NCBI GenBank assembly: GCA_018663565.1
Contig: JABJQE010000160.1
Span: forward strand, 1-39,475
Reading direction: 5' to 3'
Length of the DNA: 39,475 bases
Origin: Phycisphaerae bacterium
Lineage (GTDB): Bacteria; Planctomycetota; Phycisphaerae; Phycisphaerales; SM1A02
A program made the position numbers and the translations under genes. The notes beneath the pieces were generated by a model, which made no database searches, was not told where the DNA came from, and worked only from the letters and a program-made list of their open reading frames with translations. Positions 1 through 7,785 of the stretch are shown one piece after another (position 1 is the stretch's first letter; the number at the start of each line of letters is the position of its first letter).

Positions 1-149
1 CGCAGTTTCAGGTTCTTGTCCGGATCAGGATCGCCCTGCTTCACGGCGGCCATGATGGCTCGGCTCGCCTTACTCCAGGCGCGTCCCTTGACCGCGTCCT
101 GCCGAGCCTTGCGATGCTTGATATTTGCCCATTTACTATGGCCAGCCAT
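1..149 (-). CDS. yebC: YebC/PmpR-family protein, N-terminal 49 codons only (gene runs off the left edge)
   Basis: Missing from the ORF track because it has no in-window stop. The reverse complement of 1-149 reads [50 protein letters not shown], matching the conserved YebC N-terminus ([15 protein letters not shown]). The ATG is at 149-147, with GGAGGG (complement of 156-161) 6 nt upstream. Confidence 0.85.
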   Translation of the reverse strand, partial: MAGHSKWANIKHRKARQDAVKGRAWSKASRAIMAAVKQGDPDPDKNLKL

Positions 150-168
150 TTCGAACCCTCCTGCGAAC

Positions 169-1614
169 TCAGTTCGCGCCACCGTCCTCAACACCAAGTT
201 TGGCCCGAAGCCGATCTGCATTCGTACCGAATTCTAAATCATACAGATCGCGAGATGAGGTCACCCGTATTCCCCAGTCTCCACTTTGAATCAGATCGAA
301 CGTTCGAAGTTTCTCTTTCTCAAATTCTGGATGAGAGAGAACCGAAAGCGCGTGCCGCCATGTTCGCCGAGCCGACTCCGACTCGCCCGCTTGTGACTCG
401 GCGTCGCCGAGATGCTCAAGAATGACTGGATCGAGTTGGTCTGATCGCCTTGCCGCTTCACGAAGCAAACTTAGCGCCCCTCGTCCTGCTGGGTCATCGG
501 CGAGCCGCCCCTGGGCAACCCGGAGCCAGCCAAGGCTATCGAGATTGCTCGGTGACTCGGGGTCACGCTCCCACGCTTCTTCGATCATTCCCGCAGCGCG
601 GGATTGGTCGAGCCCCTGCTCGAGCAACATGTATCCCAGATTATTCAGCGCCAGTGGAAGGTTCTCGTCACGCTTGATCGCCTCCTCAAGTAGCACCATC
701 GCACCAGCAGTGTTACCAAGCGTTGCATGTATGGTCGAAGCATGCGTCCACATTTCCGCAGGCGTGAGTGCTTCTCGAAAATGTGTCTTGAGTCGCAAGT
801 CTGTTTGTGGAAGACTGCGGATCAGTTCAATCGTACGATCGGTATTGCCATCAGCAGCATCAATGGCAATGCACGTGGATGCAAAACGACCACGATCACC
901 TCGATTGGTAAGTGCATTCCCTGCGAGCCGGGCAGCAGCAAGCTCTCGAGCCAATGGCCGCGAACCTTCGGTCACAAGCTGCTGCAACACCAGGGACCAT
1001 CGATGGCGCTCACGCGAATTCCCCGGCAATGAGACTGCGAGCGGCATGAGCGTCGCTCGGGCAGCGGCCACAAGTTCTTCTGCGGTTCTGGTTTCGCCAA
1101 CACGCATGAGTTGAACACCAAGAGCAGCATCCCACCGAGCCATCTCGAGAGGTGAATCATGCGAAGGCACATCTCGGCGCCGAAGCAAGAGTGATAACGC
1201 CTCATCATCACGATGACTGCGTAACGCAGAGGTCGCCATAACACGAAGGGCATCTGCGTCGCGTGGACAGAGAACGAGCCGCTGCTTCCACGCTTCCATC
1301 TCCAAGCTGCGGTCATTCACAGCCCTGCCGAGTCTAGCGAGACCAAGCCATGCGGCTTCGTTATTGCGATCAGCCGAGACGGCATCCCGGTACGCCTCAA
1401 AGGCGAGTGCTACGTTTCCAGAAAGTTCGGCCTCACGGCCATTTGCCAATGCCATGACACTCTGACGATGCAATTTAGACAGCCACGGTTGGCCTGGAGG
1501 AGGAGATTCAGCTGCGATTCCAAACCGATCAAGCAGCTCGATCGTGTCGACGGGAACACGCCCCGCATCGGCCGCCAACACGATGCTAACGAGAAGTGTT
1601 CCGGCGGCAAACAT
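169..1614 (-). CDS. TPR-repeat protein with N-terminal signal/anchor helix (function unknown)
   Basis: 481-aa ORF. The ATG at 1614-1612 shares its A with the TGA stop of the upstream gene (TGATG). It has a hydrophobic N-terminus ([17 protein letters not shown]). Helical-pair repeats recur, e.g. [31 protein letters not shown] and [14 protein letters not shown]. It ends 19 nt before the yebC start. Confidence 0.7.
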   Translation of the reverse strand: MFAAGTLLVSIVLAADAGRVPVDTIELLDRFGIAAESPPPGQPWLSKLHRQSVMALANGREAELSGNVALAFEAYRDAVSADRNNEAAWLGLARLGRAVNDRSLEMEAWKQRLVLCPRDADALRVMATSALRSHRDDEALSLLLRRRDVPSHDSPLEMARWDAALGVQLMRVGETRTAEELVAAARATLMPLAVSLPGNSRERHRWSLVLQQLVTEGSRPLARELAAARLAGNALTNRGDRGRFASTCIAIDAADGNTDRTIELIRSLPQTDLRLKTHFREALTPAEMWTHASTIHATLGNTAGAMVLLEEAIKRDENLPLALNNLGYMLLEQGLDQSRAAGMIEEAWERDPESPSNLDSLGWLRVAQGRLADDPAGRGALSLLREAARRSDQLDPVILEHLGDAESQAGESESARRTWRHALSVLSHPEFEKEKLRTFDLIQSGDWGIRVTSSRDLYDLEFGTNADRLRAKLGVEDGGAN

Positions 1615-2735
1615 CAGCGTTTGCGTTTAGTCGAACGCGTCTTCTTCTTCACAACTTTCTTCTTCGATGGCGACTTTTTTGCGACCTTCTTCTTGGTCAC
1701 CTTCTTCTTCGATGGCGACTTTTTCGCGACCTTCTTCTTGGTCACCTTCTTCTTCGATGGCGACTTTTTCGTGACCTTCTTCTTGGTCACCTTCTTCTTC
1801 GATGACGACTTTTTCGCGACCTTTTTCTTGGTCGTCTTCTTCGCAACCTTCTTCTTGGTTACTTTCTTCTTTGAAGGTGCTTTCTTCGCAACTTTCTTTT
1901 TCGAAGCCTTCTTCATTGAAGCGGCCGCAGCCTCACGCTCCAAGGCTCTCTGCTCAGCTTCAATAGCAGCTTGTTCAGCAGCGGCCTTCTTTGCAGCAGC
2001 CCGAGCAGCCGCTTCGACCTTCTTCTTCTTGGCAACCTGCTGGGCCGCCTTACGACTGGCAATTGATTTTGTTCTCGCTCGCTTCGCGACAGATTGAGCA
2101 GCAGACTCTTCATTTGACCGCTTCTTCAACGTGGCCTCACTCTGCCCATTCACCCAGGCCTGCAGCGTACTGTGCACAGTCAGGGCACGATCACCCTTTA
2201 CCTGCCGGCACACCCAAACTGCAACGTCTGCAACTGATGCCGACTCTTCAACACATCCAGCATTCGCAAGCATCCAACACAGTTGATCGTCAACAGGAAC
2301 ATCGCCTATGTCGCCACAGAGCAAGAGCCAACGCGAGGCCACGAATGGTGTCATGCCATCGAGTGACTCGATGGACTCTCGCAAGTCCCGCTTGCCGTGC
2401 TCAAACTCAGGCGTCATGGTGACTTCATGATGGCGTTGATAGAGATGGTTCAACATCAGCTTCAGACGCTTCGCCCGTTCAAATGCCAATGCCGATGTGT
2501 CATGACAGGCCTCTGCGATTTCAGCCGGAGTTGAGACACGAAGTTCGTGCCAGTCTCCCATGACTTCATTCAGGCCATCCCAGGCTGTATCGGCCTGCGC
2601 CGACGTGGATTCCCACAAGAGCTGGGAGTACACCAATACCTCAAGGGGACCGTCCATCTCTGGCGGGTCACAGCTCTTCTTCAGCTTCTTGATATGAGCG
2701 GCGAATTTCACGCCGTATTCCTTGGAATTCTTCAC
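1614..2735 (-). CDS. EndoIII-like helix-hairpin-helix domain protein with Ala/Lys coiled segment and histone-H1-like lysine-rich repeat tail
   Basis: 373-aa ORF. The GTG start at 2735-2733 overlaps the rbfA stop (GTGA). The N-terminal ~200 aa (LDGMTPFVASRWLLLCGDIGDVPVDDQLCWMLANAGCV) align by eye to the LPGVGxKTA...fPVDTHVxRVxxRLG region of HhH-GPD/EndoIII proteins. The C-terminal ~110 aa are KKKVAKKSPSKKKVT-type repeats. Confidence 0.75.
   Translation of the reverse strand: MKNSKEYGVKFAAHIKKLKKSCDPPEMDGPLEVLVYSQLLWESTSAQADTAWDGLNEVMGDWHELRVSTPAEIAEACHDTSALAFERAKRLKLMLNHLYQRHHEVTMTPEFEHGKRDLRESIESLDGMTPFVASRWLLLCGDIGDVPVDDQLCWMLANAGCVEESASVADVAVWVCRQVKGDRALTVHSTLQAWVNGQSEATLKKRSNEESAAQSVAKRARTKSIASRKAAQQVAKKKKVEAAARAAAKKAAAEQAAIEAEQRALEREAAAASMKKASKKKVAKKAPSKKKVTKKKVAKKTTKKKVAKKSSSKKKVTKKKVTKKSPSKKKVTKKKVAKKSPSKKKVTKKKVAKKSPSKKKVVKKKTRSTKRKR
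1656..1835. repeat. Four near-identical head-to-tail copies of a 45-bp unit (cttcttcttcgatggcgactttttcgcgaccttcttcttggtcac), degenerating until about 1915
   Basis: Copies lie at 1656-1700, 1701-1745, 1746-1790 and 1791-1835, each differing by 1-4 nt. They are in frame on the minus strand and encode 15-aa VTKKKVAKKSPSKKK units. Diverged Lys-rich copies continue to about 1915. Confidence 0.9.
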
Positions 2736-3115
2736 GATTCGTGTTCCTCATTGCGGGGAGCGGCAATTTCGTCTTCATGCTCTATCGCATCTTGAATGGC
2801 CCCAAGAACCTGGGCCTCTTTCTTGATTGACTGATCCAACACAAACTTCAATCGAGGCACGCGCCGCATACGAACCTCATCTCCGAGCCGGCGGCCAATC
2901 CACCCGGATGCGGCATTCAAACCATGTAGCGCCGACTCTGCATACTTCTCCGGCAGAACCGAACATCCGACTCGAGCTTGGCTCCGATCAGGGCTTACGC
3001 TGACCTGGACGACCGACACGAGTCCTCGCACGCGAGGATCATTCAAGCCACGGCTCAGAATCTTCTGAATTCCGCGATGAACGACCGCGTCAATTTGTTC
3101 CTGGTGCCGTGTCAT
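2732..3115 (-). CDS. rbfA: Ribosome-binding factor A
   Basis: 127 aa. The sequence is typical of RbfA (IQKILSRGLNDPRVRGLVSVVQVSVSPDRSQARV...RRLGDEVRMRRVPRLKFVLD). The ATG is at 3115-3113, 9 nt downstream of the infB stop, in the conserved infB-rbfA order. Confidence 0.9.
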   Translation of the reverse strand: MTRHQEQIDAVVHRGIQKILSRGLNDPRVRGLVSVVQVSVSPDRSQARVGCSVLPEKYAESALHGLNAASGWIGRRLGDEVRMRRVPRLKFVLDQSIKKEAQVLGAIQDAIEHEDEIAAPRNEEHES

Positions 3116-3124
3116 ACCGAGTAA

Positions 3125-5863
3125 TCAGGAGCCTGGGCGTACTTCATGAGTCAGATAGCACTCAAGCACGTCGCCAACCTTGATGTCGTCATACCCATCG
3201 ATGAGCATGCCGCACTCCTGACCTGACTTGACCTCCTTGGCGTCGTCCTTGAATCGCTTCAATTGCGACAATTTGCGATCATTCTCAATCACGATGTCTT
3301 CACGCGTTACACGAATCAATGCACTGCGTTGAATCGATCCACTCGTGACATAGCAACCGGCGACCATGCCGACCTTCGACACGCGGAAGACTTCTCGAAC
3401 TTCAGCCTGTCCGAGCAACTCCATGCGGTGCTCTGGGTCGAGCATGCCAACGATGGCCTTCTCAATGTCATCAGTAATGTCGTAAATGACATCGTAGTAG
3501 CGAATGTCGACGCCCGCATCTTCTGCTGTTCGGCGAACCTTGCCTGGTGCCGTCACGTTGAAGCCAATAATAATTGCATCAGACACGGCAGCAAGTGCCA
3601 CGTCTGATTCACTAATGCCGCCAACAGCAGCGTGCTTCACTGTGACCCGCACTTCTTCGGTCGCCATCTTGCCGAGCGTCGCGAGAATTGTCTCAACCGA
3701 GCCCTGCACGTCAGCCTTCAAGATGATTGAAAGCTCCTTCTTGCCAGCCTCGGACATGTGCTCAAGTATGTTGTCAAGTGTGACTCGTTCACGCGTGAGC
3801 GATCGCTGACGCTCGGCGGCAACTCGTTCCTTCGCCGCCGTCTCGGCCTCTCGGAGGTTCTTCACAACGAAAACCTGGTCGCCAGCGTCGGGCACTTCGC
3901 CCAAACCAGAAATAGTCACCGGTTCAGAGGGCCACGCCGTTGGCGATCGATCGCCGTGATCATCAACAATGTCACGAACACGACCGTAGCCACGACCTGC
4001 CACGATGTAGTCACCCTTCGTTAACTTGCCTTGCTGCACAAGCACGCTTGCCACCGCGCCACGACCCTCTTGTAGTTGGGCTTCAAGCACGGTGCCTTCG
4101 GCTGGGCCGTCAAAGTCGGCGGTCAGTTCGAGCAACTGGGCTTGCAAGTCGAGAATCTCAAGGAGATCTGAAATGCCCTCACCCTTGATGGCTGTTGTCT
4201 TAACCACTTCGATGTCACCGCCCCATTCAACTGGGTTCAGTTCATGCTCAGCCAATTGACCAAGAATGCGTTGAATATTGGCATCGGTTGCTTCGGGCTT
4301 GTCTACCTTGTTGAGCGCCACAACGATGGGAACACCAGCCGCTTTGGCGTGGTTGATTGACTCAACGGTTTGCGGCATGACACCGTCATCGGCCGCGATG
4401 ACCAAGACAACGATATCCGTCACCTTTGCACCACGTGCACGCATTTCCGTAAAGGCCTCATGGCCCGGCGTATCGATGAACGTCACCATGTTTTCGGTAT
4501 CACCAACAATCACTGGCACGCGGAATGCGCTGGTGGCCTGCGTTATGCCACCGGCTTCGCCATCAGCAACTGATGCATTGCGAATGCTGTCAAGAAGCGA
4601 CGTCTTACCGTGATCGACATGACCAAGAATGGTCACTACTGGAGAACGTGGTCGCTCGTCCTTCATGTCACGATCAGTGAAGGACTCCGCGATTTGCTGC
4701 TCGGCAGTCTTAGCCTCTACGACCTCAAGCTCCACACCAAAGGACAACATGCACTCGATAGCCACATCGGGGTCGAGCGCCGAGCTCATGGTGACATCAT
4801 GCTCTTCACTCACAAGCCATCGCAAGATGCCACGTGCCTTCACACCGCTCTCGGCGCTGAGTGCCTTGATCGTCAAAGGCTCGGTTACCGAGATTCTGCC
4901 GCCGAGATCGAGCGCCGACTTCGCCCTCGATCCGGTGGGTCCGGAGGCTCGCTTCGCACTGTCGCGACGCACCGAGCGAAAGTACCCACCACTGCGGGAT
5001 AGTCGTTGTTCTCGTTCGCGAAGGTCTTGTTCTCGCCAGTTTCTCTGACCAGCACCAGCACCAGCACCCTGCTGGGGACGACCATCTGTCCGCGTGCGGC
5101 TGTCTTGACCGCCGGAACGGCGACGACTATTTGGCCTGCTGCCACCACGGCCGCCTCGATCAATTCCTGGACCAGGAGGTGGGCCACCTGGACCTGGACC
5201 ACCGGCGCCACCGGGGGCGTCAGGAGCACCAGGGCCTCCCGATCGCCGCGGCGCACTCTTTGACCGTGGAGCCGGAAGATCCTCTGGTTTCTCCACTCGA
5301 ATAACCTTGGGACCGGCGAGCGTTGCCTTCTTCTTGGACTCCAGCTTCCGGCCGACCTGCTCCACTTTTTCGGGCTTGGCGGGCGTGTTTGGTGCTGGAG
5401 GCGACAGAGAGGATTCATCTTCTGTCGGTGACTTGGTGATTTGGGCAGAATCGCGGGCTTGCTGATCAATGACGCCAGAGCCGCGGCTTGCTGAGGGTGG
5501 TGGCTCGGGAGCTGTCGGAACTGGCTCAGCAACAGGTTCCACAATAACTTGGGCCGCTACTGGCGTTTGTGTTGGCGGCTCCGCCTTCCTCCTTGCCTTC
5601 GCACTCGCTGGCGCTTTCTTCTTTGCCTTTGCGCGAGCCTTCTCTACGTCTACCGGGGCGGCCGTTTGCACGGCCGTTCCACCGGTGGCGGCATTACCAA
5701 ACCACTCTCGAATTGTTGCGGCCAATCCAACAGAGATGGCCGACATGTGGTTCGTAATATCCGGCACACCTTCTTCGCTGCACTTGGCAACCACATCTTT
5801 CGATGCGACGCCAAGTTCCTTGGCAATCTGGTGTACTCGTTTTGTTGTGGTTTTCTTCGCCAC
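3125..5863 (-). CDS. infB: Translation initiation factor IF-2
   Basis: G-domain motifs are [20 protein letters not shown] and NKVD. The N-terminus [18 protein letters not shown] is typical of IF2. The N-terminal half is long and Pro/Gly/Arg-rich. The ORF track starts at TTG 5878. I prefer GTG 5863, which has GGAG 9 nt upstream. Confidence 0.95.
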   Translation of the reverse strand: MAKKTTTKRVHQIAKELGVASKDVVAKCSEEGVPDITNHMSAISVGLAATIREWFGNAATGGTAVQTAAPVDVEKARAKAKKKAPASAKARRKAEPPTQTPVAAQVIVEPVAEPVPTAPEPPPSASRGSGVIDQQARDSAQITKSPTEDESSLSPPAPNTPAKPEKVEQVGRKLESKKKATLAGPKVIRVEKPEDLPAPRSKSAPRRSGGPGAPDAPGGAGGPGPGGPPPGPGIDRGGRGGSRPNSRRRSGGQDSRTRTDGRPQQGAGAGAGQRNWREQDLREREQRLSRSGGYFRSVRRDSAKRASGPTGSRAKSALDLGGRISVTEPLTIKALSAESGVKARGILRWLVSEEHDVTMSSALDPDVAIECMLSFGVELEVVEAKTAEQQIAESFTDRDMKDERPRSPVVTILGHVDHGKTSLLDSIRNASVADGEAGGITQATSAFRVPVIVGDTENMVTFIDTPGHEAFTEMRARGAKVTDIVVLVIAADDGVMPQTVESINHAKAAGVPIVVALNKVDKPEATDANIQRILGQLAEHELNPVEWGGDIEVVKTTAIKGEGISDLLEILDLQAQLLELTADFDGPAEGTVLEAQLQEGRGAVASVLVQQGKLTKGDYIVAGRGYGRVRDIVDDHGDRSPTAWPSEPVTISGLGEVPDAGDQVFVVKNLREAETAAKERVAAERQRSLTRERVTLDNILEHMSEAGKKELSIILKADVQGSVETILATLGKMATEEVRVTVKHAAVGGISESDVALAAVSDAIIIGFNVTAPGKVRRTAEDAGVDIRYYDVIYDITDDIEKAIVGMLDPEHRMELLGQAEVREVFRVSKVGMVAGCYVTSGSIQRSALIRVTREDIVIENDRKLSQLKRFKDDAKEVKSGQECGMLIDGYDDIKVGDVLECYLTHEVRPGS

Positions 5864-5902
5864 GAAATATCGCTCCAAAGCAATGTTGACCGCACAATGC
5901 GA

Positions 5903-7303
5903 TCAACCCTGCGACTGCTCCCCGGTTGTTTCGCTTGATCCGCCGTCAAGGATGGAGGCCGCTGCTGCTTCTGCGGTGACTTCCTCTGTAGCCGACTCTG
6001 TCGGTTCCGCTACGGGCGGAGCCTCCCCAAGAATCGAGGCTGCTGCTGATTCGCCTTCAACGCCCGCTGTCTCAACAGCGTCCGCATCAGCATCTGCCTT
6101 GCGTTGTTCCTCTTGTTCCTTCTCAAGACGTTGCTGCTCATCGACGAGTTTGGCCGCTTCGGCGCAGGTCGTGAGCACCAATTCGCTCAATTCTTCAGAC
6201 ATGCCCACGTCATTGATGAGCGTGTTCTGCCCAACATCTTGAACATCGAAAACGCTGATCATGCCCAGAGCGCCCATGCGATCGAGCATGGTGTCGTCAA
6301 CACCCTCGATGGTTTTGATCGTTTCCTCGAGTAACTCGAGACCCTTGGCGAATTCTTCAGGAGTCAGAATGTCAATATCCCAGCCGGTCAAGCGAGCAGC
6401 AAGTCGCACGTTCTGGCCGCGGCGACCAATGGCAAGTGACAACTGGTCCTCGCGAACAATGATGGTCGCGCGGCCCAATTCGAAACACAGACTGACTTCG
6501 TTTACTTCAGCTGGCTTGAGGGCGTTGCCGATCAGCACCTGACTCGACTCATTCCATCGAACAATATCGATCTTCTCGCCGCCAAGTTCATCGACGATAT
6601 TGCGAATTCTGCTGCCCCGTACGCCAACACAAGCGCCTACAGCGTCGACCTTTGAGTCGATCGATGCCACCGCCACCTTGGTGCGAAAGCCGGCTTCGCG
6701 GGCCATGGCCTTGAGTTCAATCACATGCTCAGCGACTTCGGGCACTTCTGCCTCAAACAGCCGCCGAATATAATCCTCGTGGCTTCTTGAAAGCACGATC
6801 TTGGCTCGATTGCCATCCTCACGCACCTCGTGAATAACGCAACGGACCCGATCGCCCTGATGAAACTGCTCACCTGGGATCTGGTGCGAACGAGGCATGA
6901 AGCCTTCGGCTCGATCGATCTGCACGATGAGCGCCCCGCCCTCATACCGGTGCGCGACGCCGGTAACAATCTCACCGAGCCGCTTGCCAAACTCCTCAAG
7001 AATGCTCGCCCGCTCGTTGTCACGGAATCGCTGAATCATGACCTGCTTGGCGGTCTGCGCAGGAATCCGCCCAAGTGACTCGAGTGGGATCACTTCTGCG
7101 GAACCGTCCTCGTGAATTTGCCAGATAGTGATTTGCCCAGAAACGGGATCAATCTTGCAGGCAAACTCTTCGGTATCAAGTGAATTGAAGTGTTTGCGAG
7201 CGGCGCTAATCATGGCCTGCTCAAGATCCTGAAGCAGGAGTTCACGATCAACATTGCGTTCGCGAGCAATAGCATCGATGAAGCGGATTGTTTCGGGATT
7301 CAT
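5903..7303 (-). CDS. nusA: Transcription termination/antitermination factor NusA
   Basis: MNPETIRFIDAIARERNVDRELLLQDLEQAMISAARKHF is a canonical NusA N-terminus. It has an S1 region (GEIVTGVAHRYEGGALIVQI) and KH regions (ACVGVRGSRIRNIVDELGGEKIDIV, LAIGRRGQNVRLAARLTGWDIDI), followed by an acidic C-terminal tail. The track ORF starts at TTG 7441. I call ATG 7303 (Met47 of the track ORF). Confidence 0.93.
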   Translation of the reverse strand: MNPETIRFIDAIARERNVDRELLLQDLEQAMISAARKHFNSLDTEEFACKIDPVSGQITIWQIHEDGSAEVIPLESLGRIPAQTAKQVMIQRFRDNERASILEEFGKRLGEIVTGVAHRYEGGALIVQIDRAEGFMPRSHQIPGEQFHQGDRVRCVIHEVREDGNRAKIVLSRSHEDYIRRLFEAEVPEVAEHVIELKAMAREAGFRTKVAVASIDSKVDAVGACVGVRGSRIRNIVDELGGEKIDIVRWNESSQVLIGNALKPAEVNEVSLCFELGRATIIVREDQLSLAIGRRGQNVRLAARLTGWDIDILTPEEFAKGLELLEETIKTIEGVDDTMLDRMGALGMISVFDVQDVGQNTLINDVGMSEELSELVLTTCAEAAKLVDEQQRLEKEQEEQRKADADADAVETAGVEGESAAASILGEAPPVAEPTESATEEVTAEAAAASILDGGSSETTGEQSQG

Positions 7304-7494
7304 CTCAAGATCGCCTTTGGAAACCGGTGTGTATTGAAAACCAATCCTGCGATCGGTGTAAAAACGAAAGGGCCACTGCCTGAACAAGGCCGTGACCCGC
7401 TGCTCCGATTCGAGGGTGACCAGATGGTCGGGCCTCCGCAATCCGATGCGACCAGATGTGGTCGGCGATCAGATCATGGGGAACTCCCCAAATC

Positions 7495-7515
7495 GGCCCA
7501 CAGCGAGCGTGGGCC
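7495..7515 (-). promoter_or_regulatory. GC-rich hairpin in the putative nusA leader (candidate attenuator)
   Basis: GGCCCAC (7495-7501) pairs with GTGGGCC (7509-7515) across a 7-nt loop. On the minus strand the hairpin is followed by GAUUUGGGG, which is only a weak U-tract. It lies about 190 nt upstream of the nusA ATG. Confidence 0.25.
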
Positions 7516-7785
7516 TAAAGAACGCATCCGCAGCAGCCAATGCCACGAACAAGGGATGGAGTCGATCACTCCACATGGCAGGAAACGTGTTGGTCGGGGC
7601 TGTTGAGCACCACTACACTCCAAACAGAACGGGAAACGCCATGGGGCACACCACGCGGTGAGCCAACCCAATCCCGCTATTGTATCTCGCCCCGCATCAG
7701 GCCGCAACTCGCCGACCTTGGCCGAGTAGACTTCCTCGGCTGTTGAAACCTCAGGATGTGGGGTGAATTCGGATGGAGGTCCGCT

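Noticed and set aside
145-162. GGGTTCGAA (minus strand), resembling a tRNA T-loop
   Set aside because: It is the spacer and RBS (GGAGGG) in front of yebC. No complementary T-stem, acceptor arm or anticodon arm surrounds it.
16-425. Plus-strand ORFs 16-237 and 114-425
   Set aside because: They are antisense to the well-supported yebC start and to the 3' end of the TPR gene. Their sequences are low-complexity and Arg/Ser/Cys-rich.
1656-1835. Regular 45-bp direct repeats considered as a possible CRISPR array
   Set aside because: The units are contiguous with no spacers. They are in frame within a CDS and encode a coherent 15-aa peptide repeat. No cas genes are present in the window.
1468-2097. 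209-aa plus-strand ORF rich in Phe (FFFDGDFFATFFLVT repeats), plus a 69-aa ORF at 1596-1805
   Set aside because: These are antisense shadows of the lysine-rich AAG/AAA repeat tail. The composition is not protein-like, and the opposite-strand gene is strongly supported by operon context.
5048-5068. Hexanucleotide microsatellite (ACCAGC x3.5) in infB, encoding GAGAGAG
   Set aside because: It is a short low-complexity stretch within the naturally Gly/Pro/Arg-rich IF2 N-terminal region. Nothing suggests a function.
7304-7441. 46-codon N-terminal extension of nusA given in the ORF track
   Set aside because: It starts at TTG immediately after an in-frame TGA. Its sequence (RRPDHLVTLESEQRVTALFRQWPFRFYTDRR...) is unlike NusA or RimP. 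Met47 gives the canonical NusA N-terminus.
7525-7545. GCAGCAGCCAA resembling the AGCAGCCAAGG segment of 4.5S/SRP RNA
   Set aside because: The flanking GGAAGGA/GNAR tetraloop context and the complementary 3' strand of SRP domain IV are absent. This is probably a chance match.
7304-7760. Search for a rimP gene upstream of nusA
   Set aside because: I read all three minus-strand frames. None contains RimP-like sequence (for example an SSPGxDRPL-type motif) or a long open frame.
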